From: Cirrosporium novae-zelandiae
Taxonomy: Eukaryota
DNA length: 64,000 bases
Direction of reading: 5' to 3'
Assembly: GCA_026023565.1 (NCBI GenBank)
Contig: JAPETS010000007.1
Coordinates: 248,001 to 312,000 of the forward strand
Part shown: positions 35,288-49,434 of the stretch, one piece after another
Layout: every line of letters starts with the position of its first letter
How positions within the stretch are numbered: the first letter of the stretch is position 1
Notes under the pieces: generated by a model
Databases searched by the model: none
Told to the model about the DNA's origin: nothing
What the model saw: the letters and a program-made list of their open reading frames with translations, nothing else
Translations under genes and position numbers: made by a program

Positions 35288-36177
35288 TCACAGCGCCGCC
35301 AGCATAACTAAGACACCGACGAGCATACCTAAAAGAGCTCCGTCCCCATGGCTTGAAGAAGCAACGTTGGATGCTGGTGCTGCAGAAGATGATGATGCGG
35401 GGGTAGCGGTGCTTCCTGTGCCTGAAGCTGTCTCTGTAGAACCGGTGGAATAACCAGTCTCGGTGGTCTTGGTGCCAGTTTCAGTGCCAGTCTTAGCACC
35501 AGTAGGAGTTGTAACTGGAGAGCCGGTGACTTCACCTGTTGAGGCTGCATTTTCGCCTGTAGTGGATGCAGCGCCGGTCTCAGCTGGAGCTTCAGAACTT
35601 CCAGCAGGGGCCGAACCACCAACAGGCGCAGTTTCGGAAGACCCGGGACTCTCAGTGGCTGGTGTGCCTTCTGCACCTGGAGTGGATGTGGCGCCGGCGG
35701 GGACTTGACTGATGAGAGTAGTAGAAGCTGCAAGAGTTTCGCCACTGCAACGGGATACAACCTGGGTTACCGTAACAGTGTTCGTCTCGGTCACAGTCTC
35801 TGCCAAACAGAACGGATTTATGAGCGGTTGGAGGTCAAGGCATGTGATATTTGAGATGAGACTTACCGGTGGCACCGCGTTTAGCGAGAGGAGCGCCATC
35901 ATTCTCCCGCTTTGCAAGGAGACCACCAACTGATGTCGCGTCAGTAATTGTATTAACAAAGGTACTGCCGTAGAAAAGGTCAAACTTACTATGGTTGGCT
36001 TTGATAGCATCCTTCGCGACTATTTCCTTGCTGAGAACTTGAGTTGAAGTCAGTTGATAAGCTTATGATATAAGAATACCTCGAGACGTGATGGTCCCTG
36101 AAGTTGAAGTACCCACCAGGGTTGAAGCTGATAATGGCAGCCATGAAGCTCACCAAGAGAAGAAAAAAGTGGTTCAT
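35288..36177 (-). CDS. Small S/T/G/A-rich GPI-anchored cell-wall protein (4 exons)
   Basis: Signal peptide MNHFFLLLVSFMAAII; spliced GKEIVAKDAIKANHIGGLLAKRENDGAPLAKRGATETVTETNTVTVT; C-terminal omega region plus hydrophobic tail (ALLGMLVGVLVMLAAL). Confidence 0.72.
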
Positions 36178-37205
36178 ATTGACGAAATACATATTTCCTA
36201 AAGTTGGTGATGAGGATGGTTCGTGAATTATTCAGAAGGAATTGGGGATTCTGAGATTAGGGATATGTCCAGAAGTAATAGAGGTCGAAAGATGAACGAA
36301 AGTAATGTTTGTGTGCGAAGTGAGGAGGAAAAAAGAGAGAGGAATGAAAGGAAGATTTGTACTTCAATTTATGGGGGTACAGTAACAATGCCAAATTCCG
36401 TTAGCGCGTTTTGGTAGAAATGTATGCAAGTTACCGGATGGCTGACACAGATTTAATTGGCTTTTCTCAAATACCCGTGTGCCTGCATGTCACACTCATC
36501 TAATGAGGTCTCGGACACAAGGCATCGGAGGGAGTCTCCTATTCCCTGTCCCCTGTCTTCTTCGTGTCGAGAAGACGTGTTTCTAGGAACTCGGATTGAA
36601 TATGATGTTCCAACTTGACCGCGATATTCGCCACTCGCTTAACTTTTCAGGAGAGGTTTCTCATAGTTATTTGGGTGTCTGGATAAATGGCAATGCGGTT
36701 CACAAGGATACCCGAAGACTGGATATTTTCCCTTATACATATATCATTCTTGATTTGGTTGTGACACCTTTGAGGATATTACCATGACCCATGCTCACCA
36801 CCATATATCTAATATTCGGCGGTTTATACAATGATCAGGAGGTTATTTCTTCTTCTCTTCCATTGTATTTCCCAAGAATTTGACCTTTTCTGAACAACAG
36901 TTATAATTCTCCTTGTGTGGGGCGGCACCGTTGTTCGTGCCTACCCCTCTTAGCCATGGGGAGCACATGTGTCGGATCAGAGAAGGAAGGAACGATTTTT
37001 CCAAGGCTACTAACTAATTTAACTCGTATTTCTCTTCTCTGTTCTGTCCCTTTCGTTCTCTTCATCTTCCCCACCTTCATTTTCTCTAGATCACTCACTT
37101 GCCTTTCAATAGGTTCTTCACAGAGCTTTTGGTTCTTTTGGTCCTTTTTGGTCAGCCTCTGAACCCTGTTTGAAAATTGAGTCGATCTATTCCTAAGCAG
37201 TCAAG

Positions 37206-39841
37206 ATGCATCTTCCCATTGGACTCACATTGACAGCCATGCTTGGTCTCAGCTTTGAAGCAGATCCATTTCGGTCTGGTGAGTGTTTATTGCTTAGGCC
37301 CCTTTCCATCTAAGCTTGATTCATAGTAGTCTACATGAAGGCATCGTTGACTAATTCTCTTTGCTTTACAGCTCATCAGGCTCCGAGACGGCAGATTCGT
37401 AAGTCCCATCTATCTATTTCGACCAGTGAACCTTCAATTGCACTAGCTTACCTTTGCAAATAGCAACCTCGTTCAGTAATTCTTCGGTCTTTGGAAGTAC
37501 AGGCGGAACTGTCATCTCGAATCGGCCAACCTTTTTTCTGCTGACTAATTCTGCGTCGAATACCAGCCTTTCTCGAAGTGTAGTCTCCTCGTATCTGGGA
37601 CTGGGATCTGTCACTCTATTCCTTACTGGTGATGTAACGACGCCGACGATGATATCTATTAGTCTCGGTTCAAACTCTACCATTCCTGCAAGCAATGACA
37701 CAGCTTCTACAACAGGGGTTATTGAGCCTAGCAATATGCTGTCTACTACATATTCAAAGAGTTTTTTGAGCTTTATGAATAGTACATCATTAAGTCAAAT
37801 ACCGACGTCAAGCAACCTTCTAAATGCCTCTGTTGGGAGCACAGCTTCAATCGCAGTTCTGCGCTCTACAGCCCCCAGCTTGCAGAGAAATAGTAGCTCA
37901 ACCATCCGGGCTAACGGATTGCAGGCAGCATCTACATCTAATGGGCATCCTTCGGTATTTAGTCCGACCAGCACCGCATCCAACACGTTTTCATCTGTTG
38001 TCTGGCCGCTTACTTTCGTATCGGCGTCTTATCTGGGCATCTCAGGGAGCTCTGAGGGCTCTTCAAGGACTTCATTCACTGTTCTCGTGCCAGGTAGCTC
38101 TGGAAACTGGTCTAAGGCTATGTTGCCTACGGGATCAAGCACGAATACGCCTTCCAGAATGCCCCTACTCACACCCTCCAGTATCTCGAGCACCAGCTTA
38201 CAAGGACACCCACCAAATACAACAAGGTTCTCTGAACAGTTAAGCTCATGGATTCCGTCTTCGAGCAGCATCTATGGCCTGCCTGCTATCACAACAAGTG
38301 TTTATTGGAACACAACTCTATCACCCCCAAGCACTCCTTCCACCTCAAGTATTACATTTAAGTTGTCTGGTGGTGGAATCTTACCGGTTCAAGCAACGGT
38401 TCAATTCTCAATACCGTCTATGGGCCCGTCTGCATTTTCATCCGCCCAGGCTTCGATGAGCCAACTATTGACAATTTCTTTACAGAACTTGAGTGTGCCG
38501 TTCTCAACGTCCTCAACCAGCTCGCAATTTGCGTCACAAATCCCCTGTGTGCTGCTAAGGCGGGCCATATCACCATTATTAGGGTGCATGGACGAAACTA
38601 CCATGCCATTAATCACAGCTTCTCCAGTTATGGAGGAAACGAGTTCGAGTGCTGCAACTTATTATCTAGCGATTTCATCAACGACAAATAGAAAGTATCT
38701 AAACTCCACGATAGCGATTACCGGATCATTCTCACCTTCTCCGTTGACCCAAGATACGTTTGCTAGTGTGCTTATGAACACTTTCTCTTCCTCAATAACT
38801 TCGGAGGTTTCTCTTGTAACAAGTACTTCGGCCATTAACAGGGGTTCCTCGATCATGAGCTTGTTGTCGATAAGTGTTTCTTCCTCGACCAATTCACTAC
38901 TTTCTCCGGCTACAAATGGAACTGAGTATACGACAACCCCTTCACTGTCATTCTCTTCGATGGTAGTTTCTTTAGGGGGGAGTTTTGTGCCTTCAGAGAC
39001 ACCTCCTAGAAGTTCACTAGCCTTATCTACTCCATACTTTATCCCACCAACGTTTCCATCAATTCTGCCAAATGTTACACTTCCGCTAGCTTCAACTTCA
39101 TCTTCAACTACGATGACCGGAACCACGATACTATCATTGGCGTCAGGAAATCTCACATTATCGACCGCGACATCTTTGTCCTCAGGTGGGGCGCCTAGAA
39201 TACCGACACTCTCACTATTGACCAATTCCCAGAGCAACAATACGACTATTAGCTCTACTAATTCCTCTATTGTTCTAGTCACTTCGAGTTTGTCCGCATC
39301 CGTACCTGTCGAAAGTTCGGTTAGTTATTCGTTGAGTGGTTCTTCAACAGCTCCTCCCGTACAGCTAAGTTCAGGATTGTACATTACGCCGCTACCTTTG
39401 CATACTGCTATCTCTCAGACTCTTAGTGCACCCTCTTTAGAATATCCAGAGTCTACTATTGAAACCGCTTCTTCACCAACCTTACCCTCTTTTGTGGTTT
39501 CATCGGTCAATAGCATGACCATTCGTGCAAGTAATTCAACCACTGCATTGATTCCATCTTCTATTCATGCAAGCCAGTCCCAAGCGGCCTCCTCAAGTCA
39601 AGTCGAAAGTTCAACTTCCTCGGGACTTCTAAACTTTTTGGCAGGTTCTAATGGCGGCTTACCTGCTGAAGGTTCTACTATTGTGACCTCAGTTTCAACG
39701 GGCAGTCCTAGTGACGTCACATTGACTGCTACACCTAGTGCATCTACCGTACCAACATCGCATCGAGCACGAGCTGCACATGCTGGCTTCGAGGCTTTGT
39801 GGTTAGTTTTAGGTGTTGCTCTAACTAGCTTGGTGTTGTGA
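37206..39841 (+). CDS. Large Ser/Thr-rich mucin-like surface protein, probably GPI-anchored
   Basis: ATG 37206 (MHLPIGLTLTAMLGLSF), two short introns (GTGAGT..TACAG, GTAAGT..AATAG) splicing in frame into the 795-aa S/T-rich ORF, and a hydrophobic C-terminus LWLVLGVALTSLVL. Confidence 0.68.
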
Positions 39842-40400
39842 CCTCTAGCCAAGTTCGTGCTAATGGAGCAAGACAATGCCTGGTGGTCATTGTTAAAGAG
39901 GTGTCATGTTTTGCTCTTCTGTTTGCTGCGTCACCTTCTGAAAGACTTAATGTTTAATCGATGTTGCAGTTTTTGTTTTGCAGCCCTTTTACAATATTTG
40001 GAGCTGGAGAAGTATTAGTTACATCATGGCAAATTAGTTAGCTACTGAACAGCTAAAATAAGGAAATGTATACAGCTCATCCCGAAAGTTCAGTGGGGTT
40101 CAAGAATATTATCAAATAGAAATTTCTTCATGTAACATTCTACTCAAACTTAATCAACGGAAATACTGTAATTCATCGGTGCATCATTTGTTCTTTTCCG
40201 CACATTAATTAAAGAGGGGGATCTGCACCAGGATAAGTAACCCCCACGATGCCCCTTCGCCGTTGTTTGAGTGCCTAAGTACGATTTACGGAGAAATTGA
40301 ATATTGAAGTTGAATATATAGATTGTACTGGGCATTTAATCATGGGGATTCAAAATATTTTCTCTCCCTACTCTCCTTATTCCGTAAAGTCTTGACGATC

Positions 40401-41588
40401 ATGGTCTCCCTAACTTTAACGTACCTCTTGTTTACGGCAATACACTTCACTCTTTCCCAATGTAAATTCTTATGGAATAAGACCACGTCCTTCGTGGCAT
40501 TTGGTGATTCCTACACATATGTCCAAGGTACCCTCGGCAGACAGAATTACTCCTTCATTGGCGATGCTTTCAATTTCTCATACACACCACAGCAGCTTAG
40601 CTCCGATAAAATTGTCCAGAACCAGATAGGAACAAGTGCAGGAGGGCCCAATTGGGTTGAATACCTGACAGGTTGTTTCAGCGGATTGCCTGAACAATGC
40701 CGAAATGGAACATCGAAGGAGTTGTGGGATTTTGCATTCGCAGGAGCCGATGTCTCGACGGAATAGTATTTCCCCTATTAGTCAAGATTATTTTTTTGTA
40801 ACGAAGGGAGTCTGATTCCACCACCAGTCTTACACTGCACCACAATTACACCGTCGATCTCACATCTCAAATCCAACAATATCTCACCTATGCAGACCCA
40901 TACCTGGCATTTATGCGCTCCCAATCTGTTGTGGCCATCTGGATCGGTATCAATGATATCGGCGATAGCTCTAAATGGACGAACGTCTCCTTCCCCGCCT
41001 TCTACTCTTCTATCATTTCTACCGTCTTTGATAGTGTCGAAGCCCTCTACGACATCGGATTTAGGCAATTTTTATTCCTGAACCTACCACCTTTGCAGCG
41101 GACGCCAGGGAACGTCGCTAAAGTAGCGAAGGGGGAGAGAACATATCCAAACGAGACGATGGTGGGGTGGTGGAATGGAATTTTGGAGCGAAAGGTGGAA
41201 AGGTTTGGTGAGGGTAATGGGACTTGGGTAAAGTTATTTGATGCTTATGGAACGTTGAACGAGATTATTAATGACCCGGAATCGTATGGGATAAAGAATG
41301 TGACTGGGTAAGTGAAAAACTTTTCTTGTTGGCGACGTGTGATAATGACTGAGATTGTTGTTGTAGGTATTGCCAAAATTATGATGCCCCAGATATTGCG
41401 ACAAACTATGCGTCTTATGGGTGTTTACCGATATATGAGTACTTTTGGTATAGTAAGTCTTCCTATCTGAAAATTCTTTTTAAGGTATACGATCAAAAAC
41501 TGATGGCATAGCAGATACTGGACATATCACATATCGGGTCCACGAGATTTTGGCAGGTGCCATCACAGAATTTCTAAATACCCAGTAG
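40401..41588 (+). CDS. Secreted SGNH/GDSL esterase (CE16 acetylesterase-like)
   Basis: Signal peptide; block I FGDSYT; TSAGGPNWVEYLT; DFAFAGA; WIGINDI; spliced C-terminal YFWY-x-TGHIT. Three introns; stop TAG 41586-41588. Confidence 0.85.
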
Positions 41589-42222
41589 GTAGTAATCGAA
41601 AGGAGAGAGTTGACGGTTCGAGGAAGTAGACTCCCAAGAAGAATTGAAAAATTATGAGCAACTATAGCCCTTTCTGAAAAAGCATTAGTTAGCTAGTTGG
41701 TTGTTTGGCCGTCCTATTTAATGAAATAAAAAAATCAACTGTGTTATTATTCCGGATGCCAAGCCACATATATGATAGACTATGCCTCAGGCTTTGTGTC
41801 ATATGATCTAGGTCACATGACCCCACATTATCGATCCCTGAGCTCGCACCTTAAGTCAGCATATTACCAGCTATATACCTAGATTTGTGCTTTATAAGAG
41901 CTATATCTTAGGCGTCGTAATAGTTATGTAGCTGTAGTCTGTATCTACGGTAACATTAATTACCTACCAAAGTACAGTGTTGGAAAAACCCTACCGCTAT
42001 TATGATGAAAATCCAAGTGCGTGCCAAGATTTCGCAGTTTGGCTCCAAACTTTCAACCTCAATTTGACCGCCCGCGAAAAAAAAGTTCCGGCCCTCAGCT
42101 CTCTATCACCCATCCTCCACCTACACAAGCGGAAGCCCTTTGAGTCCAGTCATTCAGTCATTTACCATCTTCTGAGACTCGATATCCTTCAATTTGTTCG
42201 TGTGGAGGAGAACTTGGTGACA

Positions 42223-44430
42223 ATGGGTGACGATATCGAGGTAGATCTAATTTTCACTTTTATCGGCTTGAGCTGCCTTCTCACAACTTGTTTCAGGAAC
42301 GGTTGAAGAGCCATGCGCAGGCTTTCGATAGCTTGCTGTCGCTTATTCCAGCAAAAGATTACTATGCTAAGGATGAAGATGTGAGTTCATGATCATTTCT
42401 ACCTGTTTTAAAAAATTTACTTTTTGACATATGAGTAATGTTGCCTGTCACTTTTGTTTTTAATACCTTAGTATTTCTTCGATTAATTGTTGGCCTTTTG
42501 ATAGAACCAATGGAACCGCAAAAAACAAACCAAAGAAGAAGCGCGAAGGGCTAAAATAGCAAAACTCGATCCTGAAAACGCCACCAAATCTGCTAAAGAT
42601 GTGATGGACGAAAATGCCCGCAAACGTAAACGCCAGGAGGATGGTGAAGCTGATGGACCTTCTCTTCCTTTCGGTAATATACCTCTCGAGCAACCACGTC
42701 AAGGTATGCGCAAACCTGTCACTATGAAAGAGCGCAAGGAGGCCAAAAGACAACGGAAGGTTGAGCAAAGACTTGCTAAGAAGCAGGCCTTCATGCAGAC
42801 CGAGAAGTTTACGGCGCTGCAGAAAGAGAATCCCGCGGAGGCTAGACGACTTAAAAGATATGAGAAACGACGAGAGAAGCAGGCACTGAAGCGCGAGAAA
42901 AATAAGATCAAATGGGAGGCTACTAAACAACGGAATGACCAGAAAGCGTCGGCGGAAATACAGAAGCAGGAGCAAGAGACAACAACACGAGCTGGTCCAG
43001 GGCTGGATGTCAATGCTACTATTCAAATCGATGCTAAGCCCGAGGCAACCTCGGAAGCTGAAGCGGAATTTATACCCTTGGCTGAACCAGACCCCAAAGC
43101 TAAGAATAAGAAGAAGGCCAAGAAATCCAAGGCTGGGTCTGTTTCTAAACAAGCACCAGAGATCAAAGAAACCTCTGAATCTCCCACGGAGGAACGACTC
43201 GAGAAGAGCTCTTCAGCTAAATCTAAGGAGTCTATATCCGAGCCACAGGTGGAAGCCAAGCCTGAGTTGTCTGAATCCTCTAAAAGCAAGGAGGATAATG
43301 TTAACGACAAGAAGAAGGCTGAAAACAAAGCAAATGAAATGGATATAGACACGAATGAAGCAGAAGGTAATTCACCAGCTTCAGAATCGGACTCTACACC
43401 TCTAGAGATTTCCGAAGGCTCAGATCCCAGTTCTGGTAATTCCTCCTCGATATCGTTCTTTCCTGTATCCTCGTCCGAATCCTTACCATCCTCACAGTCA
43501 CCACCACCGCCAAAGAGTCCGGAAAAAACAGACACAGATCCTCCAACAGCAGCAGTAAATCCCACAAAAAAGACAAATCAAAGTCCAAGCACAAGTCCAA
43601 GCACAAAACTGAGGTTTCCGAAAGCGGATCCCGAGGAGCTTAGAGCTCGATTGGAGAAGCGCATTGCCGAGCTCCGCGCGGCTCGGAAGGCAGACGGTGT
43701 GGATGGGCGATCTGCGCGGTCACGTCAAGAGTTAATGGAAGCCCGGCGAAAGAAGGAAGAGCAGCGGCGGGAACATAAAAGCGAATTACGAAGATTAAAA
43801 AAACAAGAGGAGCAGAGACAGAAAGACGAAAATCTGGGACGTGTGATGAGTCCCGGGGGCGGAAGTTTGCTGGGGAGTCCTATTTCCCCGTCTTATGGAG
43901 ATTCGAGGAGGATTTCTGGGTCTAACTGTTCAAGTAATGGGAGCGATGATGGAGCGTATACATTTGGTCAAGTGGCATTTGGTGATGGTACCATGGTTGA
44001 CGGCTCCTTGACGAAATTGATTGGGGGCTATAAACGTAAGGGACCTCAGGATCCGGAGACCGCTTTGAGAGCGGCGCAAGCTAAGGAATCGATAATTAAT
44101 GGATACGATAAAGACAAACGCAATGAGATTGCTGAAAAGGATATGTGGCTCAACGCAAGGAGACGTGCGAGAGGTGAAAGAGTGAGGGACGATACCTCTT
44201 TGCTCAAGAAGACGCTGAAAAGAAAACAAAAACAGAAGCAGAAGAGCGAGAAGGAGTGGACGGATAGGATCAAGGGGGTAGAAAAGGGGAGAGAGATAAA
44301 GCAGAAAAAGCGGGAGGATAATCTAAGGAAACGGAGAGAGGAGAAGGGTAGTGGTGGGGGAAAGAAGGGAGGTAAGAATGGAGGAAATAATAAGGCAAGG
44401 GCGGGGTTTGAGGGGAAAAGAAAAGTCTAG
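42223..44430 (+). CDS. RRP14: Rrp14/SURF6 nucleolar ribosome-biogenesis protein
   Basis: Spliced MGDDIE|ERLKSHAQAFDSLLSLIPAKDYY..QWNRKKQTKEE..AKLDP; SURF6 C-terminus GERVRDDTSLLKKTLKRK..KSEKEW..RAGFEG. Confidence 0.9.
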
Positions 44431-44947
44431 GTAGTTTGGCTTGTCTGAGATATTGCTTCTATGATGAAGAAATTAGGACTTCTTCTGAATGAAACTAGTA
44501 TCCTGTATATATGTTGCTGATGGTCTACGGTTGTTCTGGAAGCGGTATACAAATATGCCTTGGCTACTCCATAAATATTCACTTTCGAGTCTATTACATC
44601 AAAACAGGTATCATTCGTATGCTGTTGACTTCAAGCAATGACCTATTCAAGCCGCCTAATTAGCTACTCCTCAAAGTACGATGAATTCTTTGGCAAGATT
44701 GCAAATGGCTTAGCCCGAGCAACAAGTATTTACTTAATTATGGACATATAAGGCCTGGTCCAGTCTTAGAGTTTGGGGAAAGATTGTCCTACCAACTGGC
44801 TTTATCGGGAAGCCTTTGATTTTGATACATACGATAGCCTGCGAAAGTAACGACAGCTAATTAAGGAACCAACCCAAAAAAATAGTTTGATATTTTTGTG
44901 CACTGTACAAGTTTTGCTAGAAAAGGGATAGCCCAAGATGTCATATA

Positions 44948-45822
<875 letters not shown>

Positions 45823-46142
45823 GGTAGGAAGAGGAGGGGAGATTTTGAGTACAGTTGCTTGGTGGCAAAGTGGGAAAGGTGGTGATGATCGTTTAGATGG
45901 GGTTGATAGAATTCCCGGGTTGCGATCTACAAGGGTAAGTCATCAATTTCGGTGTTGTCTGGTTGGCTGGATCTTCTCCCGGACCGAAAAGGAAGCTAAG
46001 CGACATGGAGGGCAGGATCTTTGTGAATTTGTGAGACCTATTCGAGTAACCGCATCTACCTACCAAAGCTATTATACCATCCACAACTGCTCTCCTCTCT
46101 CAATTCTGTTTTCAATTCTTCTTTGGGAACCACCTCCTCACA

Positions 46143-46808
46143 ATGTTCCGCGCTGCTCTCCTCCGATCTGTGCGCTCAGCAGCTCCTACTATCAAGACTA
46201 GCCGATTCTCCTCCCTCGTGTCTCGGAGCACCGCGAGAGGCTCGTTTGTTCTGAAGCCAGCGGCTACGCAGGCTAAGCCTTTTCAGAGCATAAGATTCTA
46301 TTCCGCTCCAGCTGGTTTGACGCAGGATGAAGTCGAGGGGAGAATATTGGACATGTTGAAGGGTTTCGATAAGGTGGGTTGTACTATCTTAACTATCATC
46401 AATCTCTACTAACTGAAGCTACGTAGGTCTCGGACGCTTCTAAGGTATATTTATATCCCTTGCCCTTTTTAGTTCCGTGAAATCCGCATTCTCGTTGACA
46501 CTTTTTTATAGCTTTCGCCTACATCGCACTTTTCAAATGACCTAGGACTTGATAGTTTGGACACTGTGGAGGTGGTGATGGCAATTGAGGAGGTATGAGG
46601 GCTGCTATTGAGGTTGCTATTGATTTAATAGATCAGCAAGACTGACTTGATGGTGCAGGAATTCAGTATTGAAATTCCCGACAAGGAGGCAGATGCTATT
46701 CACAGTGGTATGCATGATTCGGAAAGTTGTAATGTGTAGAACTGCTAACAAAGCTTTCTAGTGGATCAAGCAGTGCAATACATCCTAAAGCAACCAGATG
46801 CCCATTAG
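46143..46808 (+). CDS. ACP1: Mitochondrial acyl carrier protein (NDUFAB1/SDAP), 5 exons
   Basis: Presequence MFRAALLRSVR; phosphopantetheine motif DLGLDSLDTVEVVMAIEEEF; 18-nt exon 46427-46444; ends QPDAH*. Confidence 0.95.
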
Positions 46809-47095
46809 GTGATAGAAAAGCAAAAGGGAGGAAAATTCTAGGCATATCTGATGAATAAAATGAGGATGTTTGAATACTGCTAGTGCGTATATTTGCTTTT
46901 AATATACAAGCATGGTTCACTCTTGAGATGGCATGCTAAGAAGGCCTCCCGGAAAAAATGATTGAAAGCTTGATGAAGGCTGCTTGTAGTTGTTTATTTA
47001 TCTGTTAGATTGTAAAAGTAGGGAGCCGCAATCAATACCATGGCGTAAGCTTCGTTTGATCTAACTACTATTGTAGTAAGACATAATTACTCGAG

Positions 47096-47315
47096 TAGAA
47101 TCGCAGACCGAGAAATAGGCGGACAGGGAAATGGTCACGCCAATTTTTGTATCGAGGTCTCACCAAAAAACCGAATTCTTGCAAAATATAAAATATTCAA
47201 AAGTATATTAAATATAAATTTTACAAAATTCCGGTTTTTTGGTGAAGGCTGATACAAAGATTAGGGTAACCATTTCCCTGTCCGTCTATTTCCTATTTCT
47301 CGGACCGCGATTCTA
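47096..47315. mobile_element. ~220-bp foldback/MITE-like long inverted repeat bounded by TA
   Basis: The left arm TAGAATCGCAGACCGAGAAATAGGCGGACAGGGAAATGGTCAC..TCACCAAAAAACCG is the near reverse complement of the right arm CGGTTTTTTGGTGA..GTAACCATTTCCCTGTCCGTCTATTTCCTATTTCTCGGACCGCGATTCTA. AT-rich centre, no ORF. Confidence 0.65.
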
Positions 47316-47678
47316 TGTCACTAGCCCCTCCTGTATTGTGGTAGCGCCCTTGGCCACGCGGGAGTCGTCAAGCGAGCTGGCAAGAAGCGCGTCTCGGGGA
47401 CAATGCTTCCTTCTGCTTTAAAAGCTCTATGACCAGGGATCCATTTTCTGTCAAAGGTTTTGAACCCAATTCGAACATTGAGCTGAATGAGACGTAACTA
47501 CACTCAATCATTATAGGAATTAGCATCCCTCATCCCTTAAGCTGTCGTCAAACTTACTCAAGCCTTGCATACCCATGTTCTCGGACTCTTAATTAGCGAA
47601 ATCAAAAGCGCCCTTTGCAGCCAAACTCTACTGCCAACCAACACAGCCCACCTCCTTGAATAAATATAACGATTGGCC

Positions 47679-48961
47679 ATGGCCTCTTCGGCCTCAGGCC
47701 TGACTCGCCGAAGAGGAGGCGGCGGTGGCACAACCAGCACTACTGAAAACGACGATAGTAGTCGAGTCAACTCCCCAGCTCCTAAATCTTTTGACTCGCG
47801 AACACCTGAGACTTCGTTCACTGGTGGAGAGAATGGACATAAAATCGCATTCGATCCGAGGGATATCAGCGAAAATGCGGAGAGGAGCAAACAACCCAAG
47901 TTGACGCTTATGGAGGAGGTTCTATTGTTGGGCTTGAAAGATAAACAGGTGCCTATTTGCTAATTATGATCGAAGAAAACCGAATACTCCCCAGAACTAA
48001 GTGCTTTTTATGTATAGGGATACCTCTCGTTCTGGAACGATAATATATCTTACGCTTTAAGAGGATGTATTGTCATCGAATTGGCCTTTCGAGGCCGCGT
48101 CAGCATGCAGAAGGACTCATCCCGACGACGTTACCCACTCGTGGATCGAATCATCGAGGTTGTGGATGATACTCTAACTGGGGAGGTCCTGCTGGACGAG
48201 GCATTGAAAATGATGAAGTCAAGCGAGAAGATGAGTGTAAGCTCATGGATTGACCTGATGAGTGGTATGCTAGCACCTCTACAAGTTGACTTTCCTCGAC
48301 TTCTCTACAGAACACTAACGTATCAATTTTCTCTTGTTTCATAATAGGAGAGACCTGGAACCTCATGAAAATCGGCTATCAGCTGAAGCAAGTTCGAGAA
48401 CGTCTGGCTAAAGGCCTTGTTGACAAAGGCGTACTCCGCACGGAGAAGAAGAATTTTCTTCTCTTTGATATGGCCACGCACCCTGTCGCCGATAGCGTAG
48501 CAAAGGACGAAATTCGTCGTCGTGTCCGCAACATACTCACCCAGCGCACTGTCGTCTTGCCACCTTCTCCTTTTCTCCCTGAAGAGACGGAATTCCGGTA
48601 CATTAGGACCATTTCCATGGTTTGTGCAGCATATGCGGCCAATGTATTGGAGAATGCGCTAAGCACCATGGGACATGAGGCTAGAGAGAGGGCGTTCACA
48701 CAAGTAGATGATCTGTTGCAGGACTATTCCACATGGCCCTTTGCAAAGCGAGGCGGGGCTACACAAGGGGTTGGGGAGAATCTTCCCAGAGTTATAAGCG
48801 AAGAAATAGAAAAGGGTGGAGGGGATAAGGAATTACAGCTGGAAGTATGTCCGACTGTTCTTCTTTCAAAATGTCCATCTCAATTGCTAATCATGATGCT
48901 CATTTACCAGGTCGTCGCTGCGTGCTTGAACGTCTTCACTCGTCTTGACTCTCTATTATGA
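47679..48961 (+). CDS. VPS74: Vps74/GOLPH3 Golgi PI4P-binding protein
   Basis: SGLTRRR N-terminus, [57 protein letters not shown]; three introns. Confidence 0.95.
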
Positions 48962-49434
48962 TTTATCTCTGTTCCTCACTGGATCGCAAGGAAAGCGATC
49001 TGTCTACTTCATTTTAATTCTTAGGGGGTGGGGCGCAGCAACCGGACTTAGTGTTGGTAAATCAGATCTTCCCCAATCTTAGGGAGGAGGAGAGGTCATA
49101 CTATTATTATACTACTACTACTACTGCGAAGCGGCTATGGGGTTAAGAACCACCCGAAAATTTTATACTTCTACTACAAATGTACGAATTGAACGGCTGT
49201 TTGTTGACCATGCCGGTTTGCTGATTGATACTTTCTAATCTGGTTTCCCTTTGAATGTACGTTTCCCTGACAGTTTATCTATTTTTAAGCCTACGTGGCT
49301 CGTTGCGAATGTTGCTTAGACCCGGTAAGTTTAGAGTTAGATCGCGGATATCTAACTTTATAGCAAAGAAATAGGATTATCGAAAGCGATGGTATTGACC
49401 TCTAAAATAGGCTAACTCATATGCATCCTATGAC

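Noticed and set aside
42381..42504. Possible stwintron or micro-exon in the long RRP14 intron 2
   Set aside because: A single splice gives a sensible protein, and the internal AG sites do not produce a valid nested donor or an open frame.
42460..43606. Long minus-strand ORFs within RRP14
   Set aside because: Antisense shadows of K/E-rich coding sequence.
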